Shown here: positions 51,653 to 60,710 of the stretch, piece after piece | Layout: each line of letters begins with the position of its first letter | Position numbering within the stretch: the first letter of the stretch is position 1 | IMG/VR virus record: IMGVR_UViG_3300027973_000059 | Location: 2,345 to 66,344 of that record | Strand: one strand, 5' to 3' | DNA length: 64,000 nt | Source: a virus | Notes under the pieces: model-generated | The model's input: only the letters and a program-made list of their open reading frames with translations | Database searches by the model: none | Told to the model about the DNA's origin: nothing | Made by a program: the position numbers and the translations under genes

Positions 51653-51959
51653 AGGTGATTCAGTGGTTATGATGAAAGTTTCGCAAGCTGATACAATAAA
51701 TTTATTATTTAGTTCATATAACAACACAATAAGTACATTAAAAGATTCGTTAACAATTAAAAAAGAAAAATATGATAGCCTTTATCAAACAATATATCAA
51801 ACAAAAGATAGCTTCTATAATTGGAAGTGGAAATATGAAGCAAATAGAAACATCTATATTGCCAGAGAAACCGAAAAAGAAAAAGACAAAAAGTACGACT
51901 TTGCCCAAAAAGTAATCCTTATAGGAATAATATTTTTACAATTTCAAAGTATAAAATAA
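51564..51959 (+). CDS. secreted/membrane coiled-coil protein, spanin-like
   Basis: Signal peptide; overlaps the lipoprotein gene. Confidence 0.5.
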   Translation: MKLKLSLIVLMLILSYHLSYSQYPVKRLFRGDSVVMMKVSQADTINLLFSSYNNTISTLKDSLTIKKEKYDSLYQTIYQTKDSFYNWKWKYEANRNIYIARETEKEKDKKYDFAQKVILIGIIFLQFQSIK

Positions 51960-52183
51960 TGAAACAATTTTTTCAAGATGAAACGGGACAATTAAGTATG
52001 AAGCGCATATGTGGATTGCTTTGTACCACAGCCTTGTGCGTTACCATGTACCACAATAGTTTTAGTGATGAGCATACAGCACCATCGCCGGTATTAGTAG
52101 AATCGGTAGCGTTATTGGCTTTTGGATGTCTAGGATTAACAGCAGTAGAAAAAATATTTAAAAAAGATAAAACACAAGACTAA
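51959..52183 (+). CDS. holin-like protein
   Basis: Two TMs, SMKR motif; coupled to endolysin. Confidence 0.55.
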   Translation: MKQFFQDETGQLSMKRICGLLCTTALCVTMYHNSFSDEHTAPSPVLVESVALLAFGCLGLTAVEKIFKKDKTQD

Positions 52184-52653
52184 TGAAATTATCTGAACAC
52201 TTAGACTTAGCCGAAGTAATTCGTAGCGAAACTGCCAAGCGTCATGGTATATCAAATATGCCAACAGAAGAACATATTGCTAACTTTAAATTGTTAGCAG
52301 AAAATGTATTTGAAAAAGTAAGGAACAATTTTCGTTGTCCTATCCACATTAGTTCAGGATACAGGTCAAAAGAACTTAATGCTTGTACGCCGGGCGCTTC
52401 GGCTACATCACAGCATAGTACAGGTGAAGCGATTGATATTGATATGGATGGTAGTGCAAATGGGGTTACCAACAAAATGGTATTTAATTACATCAAGGAT
52501 AGTCTAGAATTTGACCAATTAATTTGGGAATTTGGTACCAATGAAAACCCTGATTGGGTTCATGTTTCTTATGAAAGTACCGGTAAGCAAAGAAAACAAA
52601 TTTTAAAGGCGACAAGAGTTGATGGAAAACCACACTATTCTCCATACAAATAA
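52183..52653 (+). CDS. endolysin, peptidase M15A family
   Basis: SSGYRS...N, SQHSTGEAIDI, WVHVSY. Confidence 0.9.
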   Translation: MKLSEHLDLAEVIRSETAKRHGISNMPTEEHIANFKLLAENVFEKVRNNFRCPIHISSGYRSKELNACTPGASATSQHSTGEAIDIDMDGSANGVTNKMVFNYIKDSLEFDQLIWEFGTNENPDWVHVSYESTGKQRKQILKATRVDGKPHYSPYK

Positions 52654-52658
52654 AACAT

Positions 52659-53663
52659 ATGTCTGCAAGCAATGGCAACCACCTAATCTCAAAAGAATAC
52701 CGAACCAAACATCCTGATATGCCTACTAAGAAATTAGCTAGGATAATGTATTCTGAAAATAATTTGAATTTTAAAAGCGTGGATTCTGCAATGAGTTCTT
52801 TGCGTTATATTGAAGGCAAATATGGGTCTATAGCTAGAACTAGAGTAAAAAATAGTGAGTTTTTAAAAACAGAAGCTAGACCATACAATCCTTACAACCT
52901 TCCCAAGTCAGATGAAACAGTTTTTGAGCCATATGAAATAACAGGGCATAAAAGAGTTTTAGTATTATCTGATATCCATGCTCCTTACCATAACATAGAA
53001 TCCATTACCCTAGCTTTACAACACGCCAAGAAAAGTAAACCTGACGCTTTACTTTTAAACGGCGATACAATAGACTGCCATAGGCTAAGTAGGTTCATCA
53101 AAGACCCGAAAAAGCGTAATTTTAAATTAGAATTAGATACATTCAAATCGTTATTTGACATATTTGAAAAAGAATTAAAATGTAAAATCTATTTTAAAAT
53201 AGGCAATCATGAGGAAAGGTATGAGCATTTTCTTTATGAAAAAGCTGGCGAACTTGTGGGAATAGAAGAATTTGAATTTTCTAATATTATTAAAGCAAGA
53301 GCAAGAGGGATTGAAATTATTGGTGGTAAAAAACCAATGAAATTAAATAATCTTTGGGGTGTGCATGGGCATGAGTATGTTGGGGGTATTTCAGCTCCCG
53401 TAAACCCCGCAAGAGGATTATTTTTGCGCTCTAAAGTTAGCTCGTTTCAAGGACATTGTCACCAAACTTCCTCCCACGTTGAATCAAGACTTTCGGGAGA
53501 ATCAATAGCCACTTATTCAATAGGCTGTTTATCAGAATTGTATCCGGATTATATGCCATTCAATAAATGGAATCATGGATTTGCAGAGATTGATTTAGAT
53601 GAAAATGGACAAGACTACGAATTCAGAAATTATAGAATTAAAAATGGTAAGGTTTCATTATAA
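52659..53663 (+). CDS. calcineurin-like metallophosphoesterase
   Basis: SDIH, NGDTID, GNHE, HGH, GHCH. Confidence 0.85.
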   Translation: MSASNGNHLISKEYRTKHPDMPTKKLARIMYSENNLNFKSVDSAMSSLRYIEGKYGSIARTRVKNSEFLKTEARPYNPYNLPKSDETVFEPYEITGHKRVLVLSDIHAPYHNIESITLALQHAKKSKPDALLLNGDTIDCHRLSRFIKDPKKRNFKLELDTFKSLFDIFEKELKCKIYFKIGNHEERYEHFLYEKAGELVGIEEFEFSNIIKARARGIEIIGGKKPMKLNNLWGVHGHEYVGGISAPVNPARGLFLRSKVSSFQGHCHQTSSHVESRLSGESIATYSIGCLSELYPDYMPFNKWNHGFAEIDLDENGQDYEFRNYRIKNGKVSL

Positions 53664-53938
53664 TGGCAAAGATTAAAATAATATATCGTAAACTAGGGAA
53701 GGAACAAGCCTACGGCATAGCCTCAAGTGATGGTATAATAGAAATTGATAGCCGACTAAAATCAAAGAAGCACCTTGAAGTTTTAATTCATGAGCTTTTG
53801 CATCTCTTAAATCCAAAGGACACAGAGGAAATGGTTATTAAAAAGTCTGTTACATTAACCAAGATATTATGGCAAGAAGGATATAGAAGGATTGACCAAT
53901 CTACTGACCACGAACCACTTCAAGACGGCAGTAAATGA
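53663..53938 (+). CDS. small zincin-like metallopeptidase
   Basis: IEID..L......VLIHELLH...E. Confidence 0.65.
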   Translation: MAKIKIIYRKLGKEQAYGIASSDGIIEIDSRLKSKKHLEVLIHELLHLLNPKDTEEMVIKKSVTLTKILWQEGYRRIDQSTDHEPLQDGSK

Positions 53939-54091
53939 GAGCGTATCGAGTATATTTCAAAAAAAACGGCATAAACCTAACTAAATTGGTCTATGCCGAG
54001 TCTTTGCTTGAGGTTCTCAATCAATTTAAAAACATGGAAGTAGTAATGATAAAAGAATTAGACTTGCTTCCGGAAGGCGATATAGATGTTA

Positions 54092-54286
54092 TTAGTCTAA
54101 ATTAGGTTTAATAATTAAATAATATTCATCAATTCCATTAGGCTTAATTTCAGCTTTCCATATTCGTAATATTCTTCTACGATTATAAGAATCAAAAAAA
54201 TTATATTGTCTTATCAAGACTTCTCCCTTAAATAACTGCATCTTCCCTTTTGTCTTGTACCATAGGTATTCTTTCTTTGGATTCAT
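54092..54286 (-). CDS. hypothetical protein
   Basis: ORF in minus-strand block. Confidence 0.5.
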   Translation of the reverse strand: MNPKKEYLWYKTKGKMQLFKGEVLIRQYNFFDSYNRRRILRIWKAEIKPNGIDEYYLIIKPNLD

Positions 54287-54387
54287 ATTTCTTTTTTAAT
54301 TCATTGAACTGAGCGACTAATTCCTTTATTCTTTCTCTTAACTGCTCATTTTCTAAGTTAAGAATATAGTTCTGTCCTATCTCATAT

Positions 54388-54618
54388 TTATTTTTCATCA
54401 TCATTATTTTCGGGGATTATAAATTTACATTCCTTAACAGGGTTATTAGCCCATTTATTATACAGGTCATACATCTCCTCAAATCTTTCTTGGTCATACC
54501 AAGCATTATGATATAGTTCAGCAATAATCATTTGCCTTTCAAAAGGAGTGAAGTCAGCAAATGTAGTAAAATTAGCAAGCTCTATTGGTTTGCCTAAAAC
54601 ATCTTCAGTATTTATCAT
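54388..54618 (-). CDS. hypothetical protein
   Basis: ORF with TAAATTAAACAAAATG start context. Confidence 0.65.
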   Translation of the reverse strand: MINTEDVLGKPIELANFTTFADFTPFERQMIIAELYHNAWYDQERFEEMYDLYNKWANNPVKECKFIIPENNDDEK

Positions 54619-54628
54619 TTTGTTTAAT

Positions 54629-54832
54629 TTAAAAGTTTACATCTACGGTTAAAACATGCACCTTGCCTACTTTATTATATTTTAATACTTCCGGCAAATG
54701 CATGTTATGATTCAATCTATATTTAATTGCCTGCTGTGATAATTGTGCATTAGGATTTTTTCTATTTGCTCTAAAATGATTTGGGTCAATTTTAGATGCA
54801 TATTCTGATACACTAATTTGTTTTGTCTTCAT
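54629..54832 (-). CDS. small HTH-like protein
   Basis: ISVSEYA...LSQQAIKYRL. Confidence 0.5.
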   Translation of the reverse strand: MKTKQISVSEYASKIDPNHFRANRKNPNAQLSQQAIKYRLNHNMHLPEVLKYNKVGKVHVLTVDVNF

Positions 54833-55050
54833 TATATTATTTCTTTTAATAAAATTTTAGTAATAGATGGATTTGCAATTGACCATTTTACTTCTTCAAA
54901 TGCTTCTAAAGCCTCTTGTTTAGCTTTTTCTTTTGTTTCTACTGAATCATTTGTATAATACAATACACATTTTTCTTGTTTGCCATCCAAATATACTCTA
55001 TACCAATTTTCTTTGAATCCTTCTGTAAGGGTTAATGTTACTTCTTTCAT
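54832..55050 (-). CDS. hypothetical protein
   Basis: Coupled ORF. Confidence 0.6.
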   Translation of the reverse strand: MKEVTLTLTEGFKENWYRVYLDGKQEKCVLYYTNDSVETKEKAKQEALEAFEEVKWSIANPSITKILLKEII

Positions 55051-55053
55051 TGT

Positions 55054-55290
55054 TTAATTTTTAATTTGTTTAAAATCTTCTTCAAATACAATTACCAAAA
55101 TATTTGCATAATCATCTTGCACTAATAATCTATAATCTACTACTAGATGCACATTATTTCCATTTTCATCAGTATGGATATATTTATCACCTACATTTAA
55201 AGGGATTGTGCATTTTATATCTAATAATAAGTTTTCAAATGATGGATTTCTTTTAATCCATCTAAATTGTAATTGTGTTTCTTTTTCCAT
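55054..55290 (-). CDS. hypothetical protein (paralog of 55469-55675)
   Basis: Shares MEKET...NVGD...DE.G. Confidence 0.6.
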   Translation of the reverse strand: MEKETQLQFRWIKRNPSFENLLLDIKCTIPLNVGDKYIHTDENGNNVHLVVDYRLLVQDDYANILVIVFEEDFKQIKN

Positions 55291-55468
55291 TGTTTTTTAG
55301 TTTAATTTATTAATTTTAATTTCTTCAATTTGTCCCTCTGCTTGTTCGTCCTTTTCTCTTTCTTCAATATCTTCTTCGGATTCCCAATCGCAATGGTCAA
55401 GACAATCAGGACAAATATCCATTTCGGTCATTGTGGTATATGCTCCACAGCAAGTTGAATAAGGCATA

Positions 55469-55675
55469 TTAAATATATTTTAATGTTATTACTAAATTGT
55501 TTGTTACTGAATTAAATAATCTTTTACTTGTCATTAAAAATTGAGTTTGACCTTGTTCATCAAGGTAGCTAATATAATCTCCTACATTAGGAGAAATAGT
55601 AAAAGGTAGTTTAAGTGTAATATATTGCCCATCTTCTTGCATGTGCAAATAATGGATTGATGTTTCTTTTTCCAT
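55469..55675 (-). CDS. hypothetical protein (paralog of 55054-55290)
   Basis: Shares MEKET...NVGD...DE.G. Confidence 0.6.
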   Translation of the reverse strand: MEKETSIHYLHMQEDGQYITLKLPFTISPNVGDYISYLDEQGQTQFLMTSKRLFNSVTNNLVITLKYI

Positions 55676-55678
55676 AAT

Positions 55679-55915
55679 TTAATTGTTAAAATGTTTATCA
55701 AAAATTTCGTTAAAATAGTTTTCTCTGTTGGATGCTACGCAGTTTACTTCTTCTGCAAATTCATCCCATTCTTTATCGGATTTAATTACGCCCCATTTAT
55801 CGGCTAATGCTTGCCACATAGTTATAAAGTCTTCCATATCTAAATTGGGTAAAGCTTCGCTCTTAAACATCTTAAAGAATGTTTCGCATAGTAGTTTCTT
55901 AGCTGTTTTTTCCAT
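55679..55915 (-). CDS. hypothetical protein
   Basis: Likely start MEKTAKK. Confidence 0.55.
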   Translation of the reverse strand: MEKTAKKLLCETFFKMFKSEALPNLDMEDFITMWQALADKWGVIKSDKEWDEFAEEVNCVASNRENYFNEIFDKHFNN

Positions 55916-56045
55916 GGCGTAATCTTTTAAGTTCAAAATAAAGGTGAGCCGTAAAATACACGCAACAAGCAAGCGGGACGCTAATGAAAAAGAATTTCAA
56001 CATTTCAAATACAAAAATTAAAGTTTCTTTAATTAATAGTTTCAT
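55899..56045 (-). CDS. small hydrophobic protein (48 aa)
   Basis: Read manually; directly after the promoter at 56068. Confidence 0.5.
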   Translation of the reverse strand: MKLLIKETLIFVFEMLKFFFISVPLACCVYFTAHLYFELKRLRHGKNS

Positions 56046-56067
56046 AGTTATTTTTTTAGTTTGAGGA

Positions 56068-56100
56068 CAAATATATGTATCATTTTGGTTATAGCAAAAT
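56068..56100 (-). promoter_or_regulatory. Bacteroidota-type promoter
   Basis: TTTG-N19-TATATTTG on the minus strand. Confidence 0.7.
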
Positions 56101-56117
56101 AAATTAATTTAATTAAT

Positions 56118-56285
56118 TTACTCTGAAAGATATGTTTCCCAATTGTGGTTGTCTATTTCTATCTGTAATTGTTCCTTTAATTTTTTAATCTTCCCCATTA
56201 CAGCATAAACATTTTTAGCTTGGTTTAGCTCTAATTTTTTGTTAAGAGCTTTAATTTGATTTTGTAGTTTTTTAATAGTTTTCAT
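56118..56285 (-). CDS. small coiled-coil protein
   Basis: Likely start MKTIKK. Confidence 0.5.
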   Translation of the reverse strand: MKTIKKLQNQIKALNKKLELNQAKNVYAVMGKIKKLKEQLQIEIDNHNWETYLSE

Positions 56286-56464
56286 TTTAGATAATTTAAT
56301 AATTATAGAATTAGTATATTTTATATTAAGCAAATTAGAAAAAAATAAATTTAAAATATGCCTAAGTGGATGCTTTTTTTGTTGCCTACCACTTATAGAG
56401 AATTACGGAATTGTAAATTTTTACAAAAAAATGTGCGTTTTACGAATGCGCACCCCTCGTTAAC

Positions 56465-57001
56465 CTAACTAGGTAAGTATTGTTTTGGTATATTAGTATT
56501 CAGTAATCTGTAGCCATTCTGTGCATACTGAGTAAGTTTTTCTGTCAATACCTGCTTGAAGTAATCCGGGTGGTTCTGCCAAACCTCTTTTAATGGCATT
56601 TTAAAGCCTATTTCTCGGTACTTCTCTTCGTTACCTATCAAGATGGCTTTCTGCATTTTTTTAGTCAATGTTTTGGCGTGTAAATCATCATCTCTTTTCT
56701 TTACCAATTTTTCAACCGCCTCATCAATGTAACGCGTTAAATTCATGTCTAATTCCAATGTTCTACCAATGAGCTGTGCATCCCATGTAATGGGTGGTAA
56801 TGTCAGACAATAGGTTTCTGCTAGCTTAATCAATTGCCTGCTAGCATCGGTCCCATCATGGCAGTAATCAGTTTCACCACCAATACCTCTATTCTCTGTG
56901 GTCCCACATTTAACACCATCAACCCAAATATTTGCTTGGAAGCAATAAGTTTCCTCGCTTAATTTGTCATAGAATTTAAAGTTTTTAAGTTCAATTTTCA
57001 T
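56465..57001 (-). CDS. hypothetical early protein
   Basis: SEETYCFQA...ENRGIGG; ATG about 20 nt after a hammerhead cut site. Confidence 0.7.
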   Translation of the reverse strand: MKIELKNFKFYDKLSEETYCFQANIWVDGVKCGTTENRGIGGETDYCHDGTDASRQLIKLAETYCLTLPPITWDAQLIGRTLELDMNLTRYIDEAVEKLVKKRDDDLHAKTLTKKMQKAILIGNEEKYREIGFKMPLKEVWQNHPDYFKQVLTEKLTQYAQNGYRLLNTNIPKQYLPS

Positions 57002-57014
57002 GTTATAATTTTTT

Positions 57015-57070
57015 GGTTAATACGGGCTATAAATAACCCGTTTCAAGGATTCACCTATCATCAGTTAACC
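57015..57070 (-). ncRNA. hammerhead ribozyme type I (variant stem II base)
   Basis: GGUUAA-CUGAUGA-UAGG UGAAU CCUU-GAAA-CGGGUUAU UU AUAGCCCG-UA^UUAACC. Confidence 0.8.
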
Positions 57071-57273
57071 TAATCTAAAATGAATCTAATAATTAATGTG
57101 TCATTGTTAAATACATTAATATTCAACATTCGTTCAAATCTTCTAATGTCAATTGGTTTTATTTCTTGCCTAATAGATTCTGCTATAAAGTCTTCATCAC
57201 TGCAAGTTAAACAATTGAAATTATCATCCATTTTATCAACGTCTATTGAATAGACTTTAATTGAATTTATCAT
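57070..57273 (-). CDS. hypothetical protein
   Basis: TAG stop overlaps hammerhead stem I. Confidence 0.6.
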   Translation of the reverse strand: MINSIKVYSIDVDKMDDNFNCLTCSDEDFIAESIRQEIKPIDIRRFERMLNINVFNNDTLIIRFILD

Positions 57274-57274
57274 T

Positions 57275-57658
57275 TTATCTAATTTTAAAATTTGTAAATT
57301 GTTTATCTAATTCAAATGCATTCATCCATGGGACATTGATAGGTTCCACTCCAAAGTAATTTATAGGATTACCTAGAATCTCACATTCATCAATACCATC
57401 TATTTGTTGGGTGCAATATTCTCTGACATCATCTTTACCCCAAGTAAGCAAATATCCAATACCCCATATCTCGCAATAGGGTTCATCATTTGCACTTTCT
57501 TGATGAAAGTTAACATCTAGTTTAGTTCCATCTTTAAGTTCAAATCCATGCCAAAAATCACCTGTGTCACCGGCATTTAAATCAAACATAAAGATATGGT
57601 CTTGATAATGCAAAGTCAATACTTTGTTATCATAATCAACTACGAATTTGTTTTCCAT
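57275..57658 (-). CDS. hypothetical protein
   Basis: ORF in early operon. Confidence 0.65.
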   Translation of the reverse strand: MENKFVVDYDNKVLTLHYQDHIFMFDLNAGDTGDFWHGFELKDGTKLDVNFHQESANDEPYCEIWGIGYLLTWGKDDVREYCTQQIDGIDECEILGNPINYFGVEPINVPWMNAFELDKQFTNFKIR

Positions 57659-57669
57659 GATTTTTAATT

Positions 57670-57933
57670 TTAAAATATTAAAGATTGTTCGTTATAAAAT
57701 GGTTTGTAATCATCCATAAAAGCCTCAAATTTTAGCTTATCATTTAAGGTGGTACATTCTATTACATACTTATCATGTAGCCTTAATTCGTCTTTAATTG
57801 CATCATGCAAATATGCTGTTTGTTTTTTATCACATTCATTTGCTAGCATCTTAAATAATTCATCTGCATCAAATTCTTCTAGAATTCTAGCAATCCAATT
57901 TTCTAATACTTCAGTAGGTATTTTGTTTTTCAT
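57670..57933 (-). CDS. hypothetical protein
   Basis: ORF in early operon. Confidence 0.65.
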   Translation of the reverse strand: MKNKIPTEVLENWIARILEEFDADELFKMLANECDKKQTAYLHDAIKDELRLHDKYVIECTTLNDKLKFEAFMDDYKPFYNEQSLIF

Positions 57934-57943
57934 TTTGTTTAAT

Positions 57944-58216
57944 TTAAAATCGTTTATAATATTTATTGAATCTTTTTTTTGTTTGCATATACCAAGTTTT
58001 ATCCTCGGTAGATTTTATAATTACCCAATATAAAAATTTACAATAGCATTCACCATCACCTTCATGATAATCAGATGCAGTGAATCTACCTTTATGTCCA
58101 TCGTAATGAAGACCACAATAAGGTGCAGTTTCGTAATCGTAATTTTTAATATAATCTAGTCTATTATCTAGGTAATAAAATAGATTGTAAAGAGAGCGTA
58201 ATAAATAATTTTTCAT
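57944..58216 (-). CDS. hypothetical protein
   Basis: ORF in early operon. Confidence 0.6.
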   Translation of the reverse strand: MKNYLLRSLYNLFYYLDNRLDYIKNYDYETAPYCGLHYDGHKGRFTASDYHEGDGECYCKFLYWVIIKSTEDKTWYMQTKKRFNKYYKRF

Positions 58217-58221
58217 TTTGT

Positions 58222-58419
58222 TTAAATTTTATTAAGTTCAAAAATTAAATCACAAGCGGATAACTTTGGCAAATTGTGAAGCTCACAATAAGCTAAATAA
58301 AGAACATTTGCCCCATCTATCCAATCATCATTTTTAAATGTTTCACTTGCTTTATACCATGCCTCCATAAATCCTTTTAAGAATGCTAAATGCTCGCTTT
58401 GTGTTTGTGCGTTTTTCAT
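58222..58419 (-). CDS. hypothetical protein
   Basis: ORF in early operon. Confidence 0.6.
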   Translation of the reverse strand: MKNAQTQSEHLAFLKGFMEAWYKASETFKNDDWIDGANVLYLAYCELHNLPKLSACDLIFELNKI

Positions 58420-58452
58420 TGTGTGTTTGTTTAAAGGTTATTTGTTTAATAA

Positions 58453-58710
58453 TTATACTGCGATAGTCCAATCAGTAACTTCAAAACTTACATTTGAACT
58501 AACCGAATATCCTTTTGCTCTTAATCTACTTGCCACCACAGGCATATAGGTAAATTCTTCTACCGACCACCCAAAGGCGGGCGCTCTATAACAAGTTTCA
58601 AATCGGGTGTGCAACCTATCCCCTAATTGCTTGATAATTCGGTTTTCTAATTCAGTTAAAAAAAGTTCTTTCTTTTCTTGTGGTGTCATTGTTTGTGTTA
58701 ATGTTTGCAT
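58453..58710 (-). CDS. hypothetical protein
   Basis: ORF in early operon. Confidence 0.65.
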   Translation of the reverse strand: MQTLTQTMTPQEKKELFLTELENRIIKQLGDRLHTRFETCYRAPAFGWSVEEFTYMPVVASRLRAKGYSVSSNVSFEVTDWTIAV

Positions 58711-58727
58711 TTTGTTTAATTTATTAT

Positions 58728-58979
58728 TTAAAAATTTGTTTCATTTAATACAGCAATTCTTTCAACTTGAATATTCCAAGTTTCTAAATAAGCAAATAAA
58801 TATTCATCACTTTTTTGAATTTCGTTTTTAGAATAATCATTTGCCAATTCATCTATATCATACCACCTATCCCACATACTGGTTAGAATATAATTTCTCA
58901 ATCCTTTTAAGGTAAAAAACTTTGGAGGTTCAGCCAATTCATCTTTGTCAGTAATTTTGTAAACGATAATTTTTTTCAT
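58728..58979 (-). CDS. hypothetical protein
   Basis: Start re-placed at MKKIIVY (conserved initiation motif). Confidence 0.6.
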   Translation of the reverse strand: MKKIIVYKITDKDELAEPPKFFTLKGLRNYILTSMWDRWYDIDELANDYSKNEIQKSDEYLFAYLETWNIQVERIAVLNETNF

Positions 58980-58989
58980 TTTGTTTAAT

Positions 58990-59406
58990 TTAAAATTTGA
59001 TAAATTGATAATCGTATTCACCTTCATATGCTCCAATAAAAATTGAATCATCACCTAAATTTATTTCATCAAGTTCTTCGGGGTCTGATAATGTAATTGC
59101 GCCACAGATACGACTATGCCATTCCTTTTTGTTTAGGATTGGATGTACTTCATTTACATTGCAAAAAATCATTACACCATAAAGTTTTTCAGCATTACGA
59201 ATAAAAGTGAATGAACCTTGGTCTTCACCTTTCTCATAACTGATGCATCCTAAACTTGATTCAATATTCTCAGCACCCGTTTGAATTTGCACTAATGATT
59301 CTAAATAATTTTGTGCTTCTAAATCATTCTTAAATTTTCTTATGTAAGCTAGGTTTTCAGATGAATAACCTTCGCCATTCCATGTTTCTACAATTGCGTA
59401 TTTCAT
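58990..59406 (-). CDS. hypothetical protein
   Basis: Start re-placed at MKYAIVET (conserved initiation motif). Confidence 0.65.
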   Translation of the reverse strand: MKYAIVETWNGEGYSSENLAYIRKFKNDLEAQNYLESLVQIQTGAENIESSLGCISYEKGEDQGSFTFIRNAEKLYGVMIFCNVNEVHPILNKKEWHSRICGAITLSDPEELDEINLGDDSIFIGAYEGEYDYQFIKF

Positions 59407-59416
59407 TTTGTTTAAT

Positions 59417-59605
59417 TTAATTGTGACTAAATGCGATGCTTTGTACATAAATGCCTTTGCCCCAAAACTTTTCGTAAATTTTTTTAATTTTAAATTTGTC
59501 TTGGTTTGAATTTTTAAAAATTGGATTGTTTAACAAATCAATTTTTTCAGTTCTAAAAATTTCTCCGTTTGTTGATGTGATTTTTGCGAATCTGTAAGTT
59601 TTCAT
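59417..59605 (-). CDS. hypothetical protein
   Basis: First ORF after a hammerhead. Confidence 0.55.
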   Translation of the reverse strand: MKTYRFAKITSTNGEIFRTEKIDLLNNPIFKNSNQDKFKIKKIYEKFWGKGIYVQSIAFSHN

Positions 59606-59643
59606 TTTGTTTTTTCAGTTTTTAATGTGGTGCCTCCACAATT

Positions 59644-59694
59644 GATTAAGACCACCCGAAGGTGGTTTCGTCCATTAGGACTCGTCAGTTAACC
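59644..59694 (-). ncRNA. hammerhead ribozyme type I
   Basis: GGUUAA-CUGACGA-GUCC UAAU GGAC-GAAA-CCACC UUCG GGUGG-UC^UUAAUC; perfect core. Confidence 0.95.
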
Positions 59695-60602
59695 TAGATA
59701 ACATTAGCGTATACTGATTCAAATAACTTCTCATCTAGTGTACGTTGTTGGTCAAAAGTTTTTTTCAATTTGCCATGGATTAATTCATTGAATGCATTGT
59801 ATACTATCCATTGGTTTGGATTAGTATTAAGCAATCTAGTTTCACGCTCAACTACATCAAAGATGAAACGAGCATTTGCACTAGGCTCCGGATTCTTATC
59901 AGATGCCTCATATTTAAAAATACCTAGGTTCTTCGCAGTTACCTTAACATAATCCTCAAGATTGTAAACCGGACGCTCAGCAAGTACTTCAAATTTGCGC
60001 TTCAATGTAAAGAATTCGTTGTCCATAAATTGACTAACAATCGTATCCAATTTAGGCATAACAATATCAGCAATGGCACCCGAATGCTTAACAGAAAAAC
60101 CAATGTGAGTCTGTGCAACATGTAAGCCATTGTCACATACCTTGCGCCAAAAACCAAAGGAACCACTAGTCTTGCATGAACCATCATAAGAATTAACAAA
60201 GCGCAACATAGGACGCAGGATATCCTTATCACCTTTAACCTCTACTTTATAGCGGTCATCAGCTAGGATATAATCCACTACAAAAGAACGATTGTCGCGG
60301 TTAATACTACGCTGTTGGTAGTAGATGTCAGCGTCAATCAACTTTTCTTCCACGCCTAAAAAGAACTTCTCATTAGGCAGGTGGCCATAAGAATTAGAAA
60401 CCACATTCACGATTTGATTCTCGCAAATGATTGCATTCTCTAAACCTCTTCTAGAGCTTAATCCGGTCAATTCTTGCAATGGGACTACCTTGGACTCAAC
60501 CAAGACATTATCTTGTCTAGAATTGGCTAAAATGTGGCTTAGTTTTGATTCTGCTGAATCAATAGAATGCGCTGAGAAATTGTCGTTAAAAATACTTTTC
60601 AT
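59694..60602 (-). CDS. DUF932/DUF945-family protein
   Basis: VSNSY..LPN, NSYDGS, FWRKVCDNGL, KHSG, W.VYNA; start re-placed at MKSIFND. Confidence 0.75.
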   Translation of the reverse strand: MKSIFNDNFSAHSIDSAESKLSHILANSRQDNVLVESKVVPLQELTGLSSRRGLENAIICENQIVNVVSNSYGHLPNEKFFLGVEEKLIDADIYYQQRSINRDNRSFVVDYILADDRYKVEVKGDKDILRPMLRFVNSYDGSCKTSGSFGFWRKVCDNGLHVAQTHIGFSVKHSGAIADIVMPKLDTIVSQFMDNEFFTLKRKFEVLAERPVYNLEDYVKVTAKNLGIFKYEASDKNPEPSANARFIFDVVERETRLLNTNPNQWIVYNAFNELIHGKLKKTFDQQRTLDEKLFESVYANVI

Positions 60603-60641
60603 GATAATAGTGCAGTTTTTTATGTGGTGACTCCACATTAT

Positions 60642-60707
60642 GGTTAAGACGGGTAAGTGGGGGAACTTACTCCGTTTCGGCTATATCTAAGCCATCCTCA
60701 GTTAACC
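60642..60707 (-). ncRNA. hammerhead ribozyme type I (extra U after A9)
   Basis: GGUUAA-CUGAGGA-U-GGCU UAGAUAU AGCC-GAAA-CGG A GUAAGU UCCCC ACUUAC CCG-UC^UUAACC. Confidence 0.85.
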
Positions 60708-60710
60708 TCG

